Positions 1 to 13,169 of a stretch of 64,000 bases of DNA are shown here, piece by piece; within the stretch, counting starts at the first letter, position 1; each line of letters begins with the position of its first letter. A program made the translations under genes and the position numbers. This DNA comes from Octopus vulgaris. Its lineage: Eukaryota. The stretch is taken from assembly GCA_951406725.2 (NCBI GenBank), contig OX597823.1:36518001-36582000 (forward strand), in the 5' to 3' direction. The notes under the pieces are model-generated. The model was not told where the DNA came from and made no database searches. It saw only the letters and a list, made by a program, of their open reading frames with translations.

Positions 1-776
1 CTTCACTACAGCAAACATCAGTGGATCTGTTTCTCATTTCTGTCTCAAATTGGTGATTATAATATCTGATATGTTAAATTCTTTAAATTTGTGATGATTT
101 ATTCCTCAAATGATCAATTCTGTACTGAGTGGTTTATTTATTCTTTTATTAGTGCAGCCTGTGACCAATGTTGGGGTAGGGCCATCAATATTTTCCTTTT
201 CGCATATTTAATAGTTATTTTGTTTTGTTGCCATTTTAGGTTTATTTCCTTTCATGTAGTTCCACTTTACCATTTGTCTAGAAGAGACTGTGACATTACC
301 TGAAATGGCATGCTGTGCATGATATTTATCAGTATAAGGATATGAATGCTGTGACCAGACAATCTCTTCCATGATGCGACAAGAAAATCTCTTCTGCAGT
401 TTTACCAGTCCTAATCTGCTTTAGATTAAGATAGCACCAGCAGGGTTCTGAAGTGTCTAATCAATAATAAACCATTTGGGAACAGAGTAAACTAACAAAG
501 AAACTTCTGGAAATAACAGCCAAATTTCCCTCCACTTGTTCTCTTCTGTTTTAAAGAAAGATGGTTGGAATGCTTTTGATCATAGCTCAGCTCAATCACA
601 GCTGACCTAGGGCTAAACAACCAGCCATTTGTAAAATTCAGAACAATAGTTTAGTTAAGGAGTGAGTTTGTTTTTTGTTACCTGACTTCAGTTTGTATCT
701 TCTTCAGATATAAAGTATAGTGCCATTTTTTTTATTTTTAGTCTTCTATTCCTTTACTAAGCTGTTTGAAATTTTT

Positions 777-826
777 AGAATATGGAAAGTTATGTAGCAT
801 AGAATGTGGAAAGTTATGTAACATAG
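777..826. repeat. 24-bp tandem duplication
   Basis: AGAATATGGAAAGTTATGTAGCAT followed by AGAATGTGGAAAGTTATGTAACAT. Confidence 0.85.
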
Positions 827-1427
827 ATCCCAAAACTATTGATAGTGTGGAACCTTTGAATTATATTCTTTTGTGTATCAAGAACTCAATACTCAGCTGA
901 GAGTGATGTGTAACCTGAAATATTTTCATTATTACAAGAGTTGCTCCCAATAGATTTAAATAGTAAATAGATCGATAACATCTTTGACCTATAATGTCTA
1001 CTATGTTACTATTTCAGCTATAAATCTTATAGTAGATATTTAGATTAATATATGGACCGAGGTATTTCAAGATTTTGCTGTGGGTAGTACATTATGGATC
1101 TCAGATTGAGAGAGAGAAGAGAGAGAAAAGAAATTTCTAATCAAGGAGACTAAAAAATCAATTTATATATCTGAATATTGTTATTTGGTTTAAATATGTT
1201 TTATTGGTAACTAGTTATCTCAAATGTTTACATTTTTAAAATTTAGAAATTTTATTTTAAAATTGTGATGCAATGCATTATTTATTGGTTAAGAAGTTGG
1301 CATAATCAGTGAACATTAAGAGAAAATGGAAAGTTTCCATATATCTTAGTAGAATCTGTCAAATGCTTTATTTTTATAGGCCAAGTCTTTAAAAGTTCAC
1401 ACAGTTATTTCTGTCATGCTTATGTGT

Positions 1428-1646
1428 TCAACTCTTTAACATTCAGACTGTTTTGTTAAATGTGATGTTTAATCATTCACATTGTTTTGAATTAATCATG
1501 CATTATCTCATAGCTTTGAGATTTTGATGATTGTTTATTATTAGAATGACATTGTAGAGTAGGTGAGAGAAGATGGATCTGACTGGTTTGAATATAAAAC
1601 AGGTAGAATATTTGAGCTTGGATATGGCCAGTTTAAATGCTAAAGT
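1428..1646 (+). mobile_element. ~220-bp piggyBac-type MITE, family A copy 1
   Basis: Aligns by eye with copies at 2690-2913 (reverse) and 24781-24999; family ends resemble TTAA-CCCTTTAGCATT...AATGCTAAAGGG-TTAA. Confidence 0.75.
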
Positions 1647-2109
1647 AGGCCTTAAATATTACTATTGATCATTCTGACTGATTAAGAAACCCTTTATAAA
1701 TTTTGCAATAGTGTTTGTTCATCAAATAGGATTATTTATTTTAAACTATTTATATTTTGCTTTTCTATCTTTATCACTAAATTATTTGGTTGGAAATACA
1801 AACTACCATTTTCTTTGGTACCTCAGCATGGTCACAGACAAGTAGTTGAAAGTAACAAAATTCCGTTTATTTGATTAGCTTAGTTAATTCTATTCAGCAC
1901 ATTCATACACAACACCATGATGCTAACCATCTTCAAGGGTTTTAGTTAATGATACTGACCTCTTCCCTCCCTTAGTACTTTGTTTTGTATTTATTTTATT
2001 AATCTTGGAAGGTCTCATTGGATTTCTTATTAATTCTTAAGCTAACATATATGACAGTTGTGATACAAGCTGAGACCTTTGTCTCTACTTTATACCATTA
2101 CACCAGGGT

Positions 2110-3240
2110 TTGTCAGAAAATTGACTTCCCAATCCCAAACTTATAAATACTCAAATAAAGACCTTTGAAGAAAAAAGAAAACTTTGATGGAACACTTCTT
2201 GTCTTAATAACTCCATTGATAACAACAACATAGATCATAAATTCGGTTTTAAAATTAACAAGGGTCCATCTTTTAAAAAAATACTTCTAAATGTGCACTT
2301 AAGAATTTAAAATTCAGGAAGTACCTCAACAAATTCCAGAATGACCTATCCTATAATCTGGAAGTTATAAGGAAATACCCAATGAAACTAAGAATTTATC
2401 CCCATTTTATCTTCAGTTTCATTCACAAAAATTAAAAGAAAGCCGACTGCAGTAGACTTAATGCTGGCAAGTGTCGACCGATCAGTCAACGACTGATAGT
2501 TTCAGAAAAAATCCTTTTCAATTTTTTTCAAAAACTTGGATTTCTGAATTACCATCAAGGCTCACCTCACAGAAGCAAATTGTGTTGATTTTACTCTTTG
2601 CCTCCTCAGTTTTCTTTGTTATTATGAACCTAACAAAAAAATTGCACCCCACATACACTCAGAACTTCTTTAACTATTTAAGAACATTTCGATTTAGCAC
2701 TTTGGAAATTCAAACCAGCTATATCTGGCCGAAATATTCAGTTTTATGTGAAAACTGGTCAGGTCTGGCCTCTTACATCTGCCCTACTATGTCATTCTAA
2801 AAAATAAACAATCACACCATCAAAATTTCAATGTTACAGGTTAATGCATGATTAATTAAAAACTATGTAAATAAATATTACATTTGACAGTAATTGAAAT
2901 GCTAAAGGGTTAAATCATAATCATAAAAATAATCTCAAAACTTCAAATGCCTCTCACTCAAACTTCAACCATAATTTACCATATTCTAATACCTCATAAT
3001 GAAAGGAACTAAATCAGTAACCACCAATACATCATACTGAATTACTTCACTGATACCAAAACTGATCTTTGGAATTTGTTTGGCAAAAGATTTAATGTAT
3101 CACTATAGTCAACACTTACAACAAATGTAAAGCTTACATGGTTATGACTTCAAACTAGTCTAAATCCAGGTGTTATTCTCACATATAATCTTTTAGAAAT
3201 CAAAACCTCATTGGCTTCATACAATTAAGTCTCAAAAGGG
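2110..3240 (+). mobile_element. Decayed Penelope-like retroelement (Naiad-like) N-terminal/RT remnant, interrupted by a MITE
   Basis: Frameshifted translation KL*W...HKFGFKINKGPSF and, from 2301, KNLKFRKYLNKFQNDLSYNLEVIRK. This resembles the PLE N-terminal RW...GFK...NIKFR...N.FQ..L motif. The part beyond 2400 is weakly supported. Confidence 0.5.
2690..2913 (-). mobile_element. piggyBac-type MITE, family A copy 2
   Basis: Reverse complement of the 1428-1646 copy; ends ...AATGCTAAAGGG|TTAA at 2909/2910. Confidence 0.75.
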
Positions 3241-5310
3241 GAATTTGATAGCCAGTATTAGAATACTGTTCTTTGAGCTTAAGTATACCTGCATAACAAT
3301 CCTTGCAAATTTATCACCATACAGGACTGCCATATCTTTTTTGTTAAAATCTCATTATCTAGTTGTCTCTTGGCAAACATTTGAAACTGTAATCCTAGGA
3401 AATTCAAGAGACAAATTTTTTTCATGTTTGTCTTCTTTCACTACTAGCAATAACATATCTCTATTTGTGTGCATGTTTTTGTATTTTCATCATTTTAGTC
3501 ATTCTGTATTCTGCATTCTTAGATCATCTTCATTTTTTTTCACCTCCACCATTATTAATGTGTGTAAACTCATGGACACTTTTTCCCATATTGGAGTTTT
3601 TTTAAAATTGAATCACCATTCACCATTCACTTTTCATCTTTGCTTCTGGTTAAATCATATGTGAATATGTGTGATTCATTAATATTTTACATCTGCTTTC
3701 CATTCCTATAAATTTAAAATATTGAAATGATTGGTGCCTTAGTATGTCAAACAGACTCTTGAAAAGTGTGAGTTGGCAGTCTACTTCCAATTCTTAGTTG
3801 GAGATGTTATTTACGAATATAATATTTTCTCTCAAATACTCAGGCTTCATTCCTTGCATCTGGAAGGCATCTAGTGTATTGTCTGTGAGAACCTATGATA
3901 GTGTCTTCATAGGTGTGTCCAGAATCGAGACATACCTTTAAGTAGAGATAATTTTGACAAGATACTTCTGTTGAAATGTATTGATATATTAGTAGAATCG
4001 GTACACTTGTCCAATGTAAGGTTAGTTATCCCAACTAAAAATTGAAACTATGAATTCAGCATTTTGCAATGATGCCTTGGACAATCATGTAGCAGATAAA
4101 AAGAGGCTGACAATCTAAATCTCAAAAACTGAGATTCAGATATTTCCATACAAAGTAGTCAGTCTATGATAGTCTGGAAATAAGTAATGCTATGTGGCTG
4201 TAGAAACACATATCTAAATAGAAATTATTACTTTTGGTGCATTGAATTTTCTCTGTGGGAGACTCTTGAAAAATAAGACAGTGGAATAGTACATTTTCAC
4301 CATGTCACATTGCACTCCATACAAATCATCAATGCAGTGTGGTTCTCATCTAGGCAGCAACATGTTAGATTTTGGACAAATCTGTCAGCTGTGCCTCATT
4401 GTTTGAACAGGTCTATAACCTACAAAAAACAAGGTATTATTGGCTAACCTGTCAATGAGAGCTGACTTGAAGCTAGACATCAAATTAACTTCCCTGGAAT
4501 TTGAATTCATAACTATTTAGCAATTTTTAAGCTCCCTGAAGTCTAATAGCAATTTCATTGAAGTCCTTATTAGTCATTTACAATTGATAATGAGTGGTTT
4601 GATTTCATTATTATTTGTTGCTATTCATCCAAGACAATTGTCTTGTCATTGTCTGGATGTTAATTGTTGATGTTTGGTAGCAATTTGAATATAATTCTGA
4701 AGATAATGAAATTTACTTTTGCCATGCTAGAATGCTTTATACATATAATTGTTGTTTCAAAATTACTTTACATTGACGAAAGAAGTATTTCATTTTTTAA
4801 TATCTTGAAACCAAATGTAAAAAATTTGTTTTATTTTTTGTTTAACTGTTTTGCTATAAGTATGACAACCATTGATACTTCAGTTCAAAACTAGTTTTAA
4901 AGTGTTTATATTTTAAATTAAAATCTTCCATCGTAATTTTATGTAAAAAAACAACTACAAACTTTTTGTTTTAGTAATAATATTAGTTGTTTTGGTAAAT
5001 CTTTTCAAATTGTCGATTATTTTCAAAATTAATTAAAATGCATAATGAATGTATTTTGTTAAAAATCTAGTCATGAAACAGTCAAACTTTTCTCTAGCTT
5101 AATTAATTCAGTATGGTTAACATGTATGTATTTAGGTTGAGTATTGCCTCCTTTCTATGTTACAATGTTAAAATTAGTATAGTCCTATTTATGATAGCAT
5201 TCAATTGTGATAAACAATTATTTTTCCTTTTCTGACATAATGAATCCCTCCACCCTAATTTATAGGTGAAGGAAACATTGAAAATGTATATATGTGTGCA
5301 TGCATGTGTA

Positions 5311-5345
<35 letters not shown>

Positions 5346-5350
<5 letters not shown>

Positions 5351-5545
5351 ATAATGGAAAATGAAGACAAACACCCAAGATGTTATTTAAATCATTTATA
5401 TCACCAACATATATTTCAATACATGCATTAAAATAAATCCAAGAGGATGAATAATGTGGAACAATGCATCATTCTCACCAGGGAGGATATAAACAACAGT
5501 GTTCATCAATAAGTCATTTTAACAGATGTAAGAAACTACAATATA
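5346..5545 (-). mobile_element. PLE terminal-repeat-like fragment in (TA)n with degenerate hammerhead-like core
   Basis: Flanked by (TA)n; minus strand 5481-5412 reads CTGGTGAG-AATGATGCATT...AATGCATGTATT-GAAAT (CUGANGA-stem II-GAAA pattern, one core mismatch). Confidence 0.45.
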
Positions 5546-5639
5546 TGATATATACATACATATATATATGTATGCATATATACATACGTATATGTACATA
5601 CTTACATCTATATATATATATATATATATATATATGCAT

Positions 5640-5954
5640 ATGTGGGCACAGGACGTCATGAAACGTGTACAACGAAAAAATACGAAGTACGAGTTTTTCA
5701 AACAATGCAAGACTCAAATGGAAAACAAGACAAACAACATAAAGAAAGATCCTTCATTAGTTGTTGGCTGTTTTTCTACTCTCATATTTTGAGCAATTAC
5801 CAGCAATATACACTTTCGATAAAACAGTTGTTCCTGCAAAGCAAACTAAATAAAATTTGGGATTTTGCGGAGGGTCAAAATTGGTAACTCAAACAGGACA
5901 GTGAAAACAAACACGAAGAGCTGTTAAGCCTAACTGAGGTTGTGGTGGCGAATG

Positions 5955-5956
<2 letters not shown>
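5640..5956. mobile_element. Unclassified repeat fragment inserted in (TA)n, probably a PLE terminus
   Basis: CpG-retaining ~315-bp block bracketed by pure (TA)n tracts at ~5609-5635 and ~5957-5984. Confidence 0.4.
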
Positions 5957-5984
<28 letters not shown>

Positions 5985-5988
<4 letters not shown>

Positions 5989-6877
5989 CAAAAAAGAAAA
6001 TGGAGGGGATACAAAAATAACATACATCAGCCAGTAGACTTTCTATTATGTCTATTTATTCTAAAACATAAGGAAGTATTATAAGAGTACACACACATTC
6101 AAAGACTGTGTGCTACACAACTATGTACTAGTAATACATAAAAGAGTAAAAGATCAGTTCCTTACCACCGTTTCTGCCAAGAGGTCATGGTATCTTCCAT
6201 GCTACCTCCATCTCTATATACATGTAAATACACATGCATGCACACACACATACATATATACATAGATATATGGAAAAGGAAGTTGGGTAGGGAACGCTAA
6301 AAATTTTCAAAATACCATTAAGAAATTTGATGTCATAGGACATGAGCAGGGTGGAAGGAAAGAGAGAAAGAGAATTAAAGAAGAAATGGAGGTATAAACA
6401 AATGGAGAGTAAATATTAGATGGATAGAAAAGATGACTGAAAGAATAGGAGGTTTGGGAAGAAAGAATAAAGATTAAGTTGCAGACTATTAGGTAAGGGG
6501 GTAGATATTATTTGAAATAGCTGAAAGAGTGTTTTTTTTCCAATGTAAATACCTATAAACACATTATTTAGAGATGTTGACAGTGTATGTTTGGAAAAAA
6601 GGATAAGTAGTTGTTCATTTGTACAAAGAAGGCAGAAGGGTCTCCCTTTATCATAGGGAAATGCTCTTGATAAAATTTTCCAATCCAAAGAAAATTGTTT
6701 ATTAGAGTCTTTGAGATGCCAAATTAGTTTACTAAGACCTATAGAATTATATTTATTAATGTATTTAAATGTAGAAATGTGATTCGCAGTACATTCTTTT
6801 ACTTCTATAGATGAAAGTCCAATATAAAAGATTTCTTTAGATCCTGCAGTAATTTTACATTGGTAAACTACGTTTGC
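5985..6877 (-). mobile_element. 5'-truncated Penelope-like element: GIY-YIG endonuclease remnant plus 3' terminal region
   Basis: Open frame 6877-6416: ANVVYQCKITAGSKEIFYIGLSS...NHISTF...GLSKLIWHLKD...DWKILSRAFPYDKGRPFCLLCTNEQLLI (VVY-YIG plus W.I...PY...CxLC.E tail). Degenerate hammerhead-like core at 6200-6170; ends at (TA)n. Confidence 0.8.
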
Positions 6878-6965
6878 GGAGGCACATGGCCTAGTTGGTT
6901 AGAGCAGCAGACTTGTGGTTGAAGGATCGCGGGTTCGAATCTCAGACCAGGCGATGTGTGTGTTA
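6878..6965 (+). mobile_element. tRNA-derived SINE head only (3'-truncated)
   Basis: A box TGGCCTAGTTGG, B box GGTTCGAATC; similar to the head of the full SINE at 56313-55928. Confidence 0.8.
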
Positions 6966-9231
6966 AGCTAGAATGGGTAGCACTTAAAAATCCTCAGCAT
7001 AAAATGGAAATCTGGGCTCTCAAAATATCTGGAAATGAACTTCTGAGTAATGGTTGAACCTGTGTTACTTGATGTATACATGTATAAAAATATCATTGCA
7101 TTAATTACTAAATATTGTCATATTTATTTCAAAATGTCGCCATATTTTTTTTACTCAATATTGTATTTCACTTCCATTAAAGGATAAAAATTTTATTTTT
7201 TTAAACATTAGTTATTCCTCCATTTTTCATATAACACATGATAGAATTGGATTATCAGCTTACAGGAATATTTTGACATCAGTGGATAATTATTATTGGT
7301 TTAGTTGTATGGCTTTGTGCCTGATATTAAATGTAATCTATGTGAAGAGTTACAATGTGTGATAAGATAATGAGTTGACTTGACAGATATGGTAGGAAGT
7401 AAGGAAGGCAATGTAATGAAATGAGGATGAAACTTGTTTGTGATTGGATATGACAACACAAGTCACCCTGTCAGGTTGACGACGAATTTATGGTGAACTT
7501 GCAGTTGACAAATTTGAATCCTTTCAAAAGTAACTACTCTTTGTTCCGTTGGAACTGTCCAAGTGATGATCACTGATCTTTGTTTCTAAATAGATGTCCT
7601 TGATCTATTTTATTTTATAAAGTTGCTTTATGATGCAAAACAAATCCTGCCCTGATAAATGATGTACAACACTCAAGAAAATCTGTTATCAAAATGAATC
7701 TTAGTGTCACATTGAACATTTAGATTCTATTGGAATAATGAAGTTAATAGGCTAATTATACTTTGCAATCAAACCTTATATCTTCTGTGTTTGTGTTGCT
7801 TACATTGGATAAGTATATCTAGACGGTCATGGCTTGATTATCTTCGATCGTATGTCTGCTGAATCTGAGTTGATATAAAGTTAATCAACAACAACCATCA
7901 CAACCCATATTTACTCTTCAATTTGATGGCTCAACCATGACATTTTATTACAGACTCTTCCCTGTCCAAACATAATACTCTTTCTCTTAACATTTCATAA
8001 GGGTCTGCTCTATTAGTTAAAAAGTTCACTTTACTAGAAAGGCACACATTCATTTGAGAAAATTTTACAAAACTCTGTTGGAAACGAAGTGACACATGCA
8101 CACTGAGTGTTCAGGGGTAAAAAGGGTATCTAGTTGTGAAAACTGTAAAAGTATGAATTATACTGAATTATTTTAGTTAATGAAAACTTGAAATTAATGA
8201 CTTGTTTTCTTTGTGTGTGCTGGTGTATCAAGGCTGCATTTCACTGAATAAAGTGGATAAATTATTACACATGATGCAACAGTTTGTTGTGTGGGAGCTG
8301 TTCTTCTGTAGTGGTTGTGTTGGGTTGTTGGCCGTGTGTAAATGATGGACAACACTCGATGTTGTCACCATAACAACCTCATTCTGAAATAAGCATCAAA
8401 GATTCATCTATTTACAAACCTCATTAGAAGGTTCTAGAAGATAGAATTGTGATCGCTTGATGCTGATTGGTCAGTTAATCAGCCAGTCATGTGAAATCAC
8501 TATGACTAAGCTGTGATACTTGGGTATCACAGAATAAAAAAGTATCTAAAGCAGTGTGTGTTCTAATATATTATATAATCCCTGAAATATTGTGTTCTGT
8601 AATGTTGAATGCATTGGGATCAAATAGATATTTATCTTATGCAACCTCAATTACATTAGTAATATTTGATGTTACATGAAGGCAATGATGGAAATAAGAC
8701 AGATGTAGTGTTGCCATCATTTTGTACGTGGTAAGATATGTAATATATAACATATCAGGCCAGTAGGTCTACAGTAGATTTACATTTTAATATATACCAT
8801 TAATACATAAAATGGTAATATATGTATGGATTATGTTTGTGTAAATATTTGCAATATATACTTAAAATTTATGTACATTGGTTTGATATATATAAGTGTT
8901 TGATATCACTGTTATTATCATCAACAGTAGCACTATGTTATCTTGTGATGTTGATATAAACTAAATGAGATTACTGTTGTGGCCTAGAGTGTTATTCATT
9001 GAAAATTGTCAAAACAAAATAGCTTTGGGGAGAGACTGAAATGAATTTGCATCAAATTTACCCAGATGTAATTTGGTGTGTAAAGTTTGATCTTCTGTTT
9101 GAAACCAAATTCATGATTTAGATTATTATTCATTCTGTTGAAAGAGAATATTTTTTTCTTATCTCAGCACTATAAGCTATCAATCTAATTAGAGTTTAAT
9201 CTAATCAGAATTTTTCCCTTTGATTTATTTG

Positions 9232-9915
9232 GAAATTCATACAGTTTTGAAATATGAGTTCTTTCTTGGAAATATAGCATCACAAACAGCTCGCAAAATT
9301 AATGGTGTATTTCATTCTAATGTTATTACACAGCAGACAGTATCAAATTGATTTTCAAAATTTCGTTCCGGTAACTTTGACCTCAAAAATGAGCAACATG
9401 GTTGACCAAAAACAAAGGTGGATAATGATGAACTGAAAGCTACCATTGAGTCAAATCCATCTCAAAGTGCCTGTGAATTATCGTTGTTGTTTGGTGTTAG
9501 CAAGCAAACAATATAGACTCACCTAGTTCCATTTGGTAAAGTGAAAAAGTTGGATGAGTGGGTTCCACATGAACTCAATGAAAATCAGAAGCAGCAACGT
9601 TTGGAAGCCTGCATTATGCTACTTTCTCCTCACAAAAATGAATAATTTCTGAAGCGAATTGTAATGTGTGATAAGAAATGGCTCCAATACAACAAATGTA
9701 AATGTTCAGAACAATGGTTGGACAAAGACAAGCCACCAAAACACAGTCCAAAAAGCAAAATTCGCCAAAAGAAGCTGATGGTGTGTGTTTGGTGGTCTCG
9801 CACAGTTGTGAGCCATTATGACATCATTAAACCTTGTTCATCAATCACGGCTGAAGTATACTGTAGCCAACTGGATCAAATGATGTGGAAACTTACAAAA
9901 ATTCATTCGAAATAA
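9232..9915 (+). pseudogene. mariner transposase pseudogene (Hsmar1/cecropia-like), 3'-truncated
   Basis: One frame with stops: KYEFFLGNIASQTARKIN...FSKFRSGNFDL...KKLDEWVPHELNENQK...RIVMCDKKW...KKLMVCVWW; WVPHEL at 9559. Confidence 0.92.
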
Positions 9916-10629
9916 GATGTATGTAGATTGCTATTTTCTGATATCAAAAGTTAATTGCATTGATCTGATATTAACCATTTGAGAAGTATTAGGAGAATTT
10001 ACAGGAAAATGCCAATTTCATTTTTATTTATTAAATTTATTTATTATTATAATAAAGAGTCATTGAATTCTGAAAGTAGAAGGTTAACAGCTGAATTATT
10101 GTTAGAAATTAGTGAAATGAAAACTGGGTACTGATAATCCTGTATATATTATCTGAAGTGTATATATATTTAGAAAGATGGAGACAATCTGTTATGTCAT
10201 CTAACAGAGAACTATCCAGTAAACTAGAGATATACAATCTAGTTTGTCATTAAACATGTGTGTAATATTATGTACTGTTTGAGTGCCATTAGATATTAAA
10301 TAGAAAATGTTCTTGATTTGTAAAGAATTTAGTGTAAAAGTTTAGCATTTTTATACAGTTTGTGTTATATGTAACTTGGAATTTATTAGGACTTGTTTCA
10401 TAAACTTTTTACAAAATTTACTGAGCTAATTATTTTTTTATTTGAAAATGTAAAATAATTTTTCCTTCTCTGATTTTATTTTTTGGTTTGATTATATCTG
10501 CTCTTGAAAATTGTAGGAGTCTGAGATTAGTTGTTTGGCCTACAAGTTCATCTATGTTCAAAGTACAAAGAGTCTTTTAGATTTTTGTTGCTTAGAAACT
10601 TTTGGATTAGGATGTTCCATCATTGACCT

Positions 10630-10943
10630 GACTATAAGTCGCAGCGACTTTTTTGATGTTGGAGAGCAAAGTTCGATTAGGAATCGCGCCGACATAGTTG
10701 TTGTTCGGTAACCGAGCTTTCAGTAAGCTGAAGATGACTTACAATGACTGTTATCCCATTATGTCCATGCATTTTAGAAACCGTTGTTTGTAATGTAAAA
10801 TTTTATCCTTTTCGGTTATCCCAAGTGTCGGAACTTCAGATGTGACTTCTGCCTAGAAAATATCCGAAGATTTTTTTTATGGGATGCGCTTATAAGTCGC
10901 ACCCGCCAACTTTAGGTGAAAATTTCAAGAAAAAAGTGTGACG
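10630..10943. mobile_element. Tc1/mariner(pogo)-type MITE remnant
   Basis: Repeated subterminal motif TATAAGTCGCA (10633, 10891) and inverted AAAAAAGTGTGAC end; CpG-rich relative to flanks. Confidence 0.55.
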
Positions 10944-12335
10944 GTTGTCAATTTTAGCAAAACAATCTAAGGGCGATAACTCTAATTGTAGTTCTCTCCC
11001 TTGAAATGTATTATTTAAATGTAAGCTGATTTGACTGCAAAAGCAACAAGTTGAGATGTGTAAGTACTCACAGATCAAGTCATATCAGATGTGGGGGCGT
11101 TCGCCGTTGTAGCGAAATAATCAATGAAATAAGTAGCAGACTAGGGTTGATTTGTTTGATAAAGCTTTTCAAGGCAGTATCCCCAGCATGGCAGTGTTAT
11201 TTCCAGATCCCTTTCAGTTATCTACTTTGCTAATTTTACCCAGAAAGAAATGAAATAGAATTTTTAAAAAGGCCAAAAATATTTGTTTCAATTTGATATT
11301 TATTTAATTACTTAAATGAGATATAGGCAATAATTTCCTTTTTCATTTTACAACAGCTGTCTTTTACCAAGAACTTTTTTGTTGCCGTCATTTCTTTGAA
11401 TTTCATTTTGTTGGTTTATACTTAGGAAAACTGATGCATGTTCAGTTAGTTATAAATTATGCATAAAAAATCTTGTTGGTAAATATAAAATTCACTGATA
11501 AACTAAAAGACCTGAGTTTCTTTTATATGTTTAGCTTGGTTTTTCTCAACCCATTTTATATTTTTGTTAAGTCAAAAATTGTTAGATTTATGCTGCAGAG
11601 TATTTTTTCAGTGTTTTGAAAATCAAATTTTATTGTCTTTTACCTTAGAAATTATGTTTTGAGATTGAAATATTTTCTATAAAAATATTGTTTCAAATCT
11701 ATTTGCCTTTCCTATTTTACTGCATTAATTGAGAAAATGAGGAAAATGTTATCGAAGTTTTGTTAATTTTTGTTGTGACTTTCTTTATGGCCAAAGTGAA
11801 AATAATCTCTGAGAAAATATGTAGAAACTATAAAGGAAATGCTAGAATATATTTTCATTGATTACCCCCCTCCCATGAAATCATTTTTGGATGGTGGAAT
11901 ATACACCACCATCTGGATCCTTTTTCTTTACCATGGTTCTTTCATAATGTTCAAGCTCGCTAATGAATTGGAAGCCATTCAATGGATCTACACTAAGAAT
12001 ATGGCTTCACTGTTCCATATGAATTGCAAGGCAGGTTGAAAGTTTTAAAACTTTATTCTCTCAAGGAAACAGACACCCACAATACTGCTTTACATAGAAA
12101 AATTGGAATGATTGTTATGTAATTCAGCATTGCCAGTTGTTTCCACTCTACCACTGATTACTACTGTGAAGTGCCAAAGGTTCTGCTCTCTGTCCATAAA
12201 CTACATACTGCAATTTACATACACACGTATATGCCTGCACCGGTGCACACACGCACGCATACACACACACACACACCTTAAAATTAATTGCTATTTTGCG
12301 ATGGACAAGTAAATATTTTTGGGTTACTGTGAAGT

Positions 12336-12386
12336 GTTATGAAACTTAGTATGTTATGAAACTTAGTACGTTATGAAACTTAGTAC
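12336..12386. repeat. 17-bp minisatellite x3
   Basis: GTTATGAAACTTAGTAY three times. Confidence 0.95.
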
Positions 12387-13169
12387 ATTTAAATATGAGA
12401 TCTCCCAGCTGCATTTTAAAAATATTTTCACTGGTTTTAGTAATATTCAATTTATTCATAAAGGCAGTGATGGCTATGCAACTGGGCTAGAGACAGTAAC
12501 AGTTGATTAAAGACTAACAAAGAGGTCAAGAATGTAAGTGTATCGTGAGTGATACAATAAAACTAACTGTTCAGGAAGATGCGTATGTGTGTGTATATTG
12601 TATATTAAAGATTACTTGTAACCCTTCCCAAATGGTTCTGCAGTTTGTACAGAATATTCCTGAAATTGCTATCAAATGGTAATTTATTCTTGAATTTGAG
12701 TAAGGAAGCTCCTGTATAGATTGTTCCATTCCCTCAAGAAGTTAATAGCATCCACAATTTTATTCTCTGCCACCATTTTTATTCTTTGTGGCCATCATGT
12801 TAATGTTTTGCTGTTTGAAACCAGTTTTGTTAGCAGATTTTTCCATGATAGAAAGAGGGGAAACTAAAAGGAGGTTGGTTTCCATTGACCGGCAATGTGT
12901 TAAGATCTAGTAGGAAAGAACTGGATTTGAGATTTTCTCTTTGATTCAGCCCTCTTACATTCTTTATAGGAGAGCATGGAACAGCAGGAAAAATAAAAAG
13001 ATGATGATAATGATGATTTCCAGTGGAAAAAAGTTCAATATTTTACAATGTAAAATATATAAATAAAAGCTAATGGCAATAGAGAAGACTAGGTGGAACA
13101 TTTTAAAACAAAATTGGGAAAATTGAGAGGATTGACACTCTAAAATATCTACAAAACAATTCTTTATCA

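Noticed and set aside
3750-4650. Possible minus-strand RTE remnant (NEIAIRLQGA, TTLYG, LDAFQ)
   Set aside because: Motifs are too fragmentary and irregularly spaced to call without an alignment
6416-6877. Selenoprotein-type PLE (in-frame UGA with SECIS)
   Set aside because: No in-frame TGA in the surviving frame and no SECIS identified
7563-7655. GTGATGA...CTGA, a possible C/D snoRNA
   Set aside because: No terminal stem or recognisable rRNA antisense element; such motifs are frequent by chance
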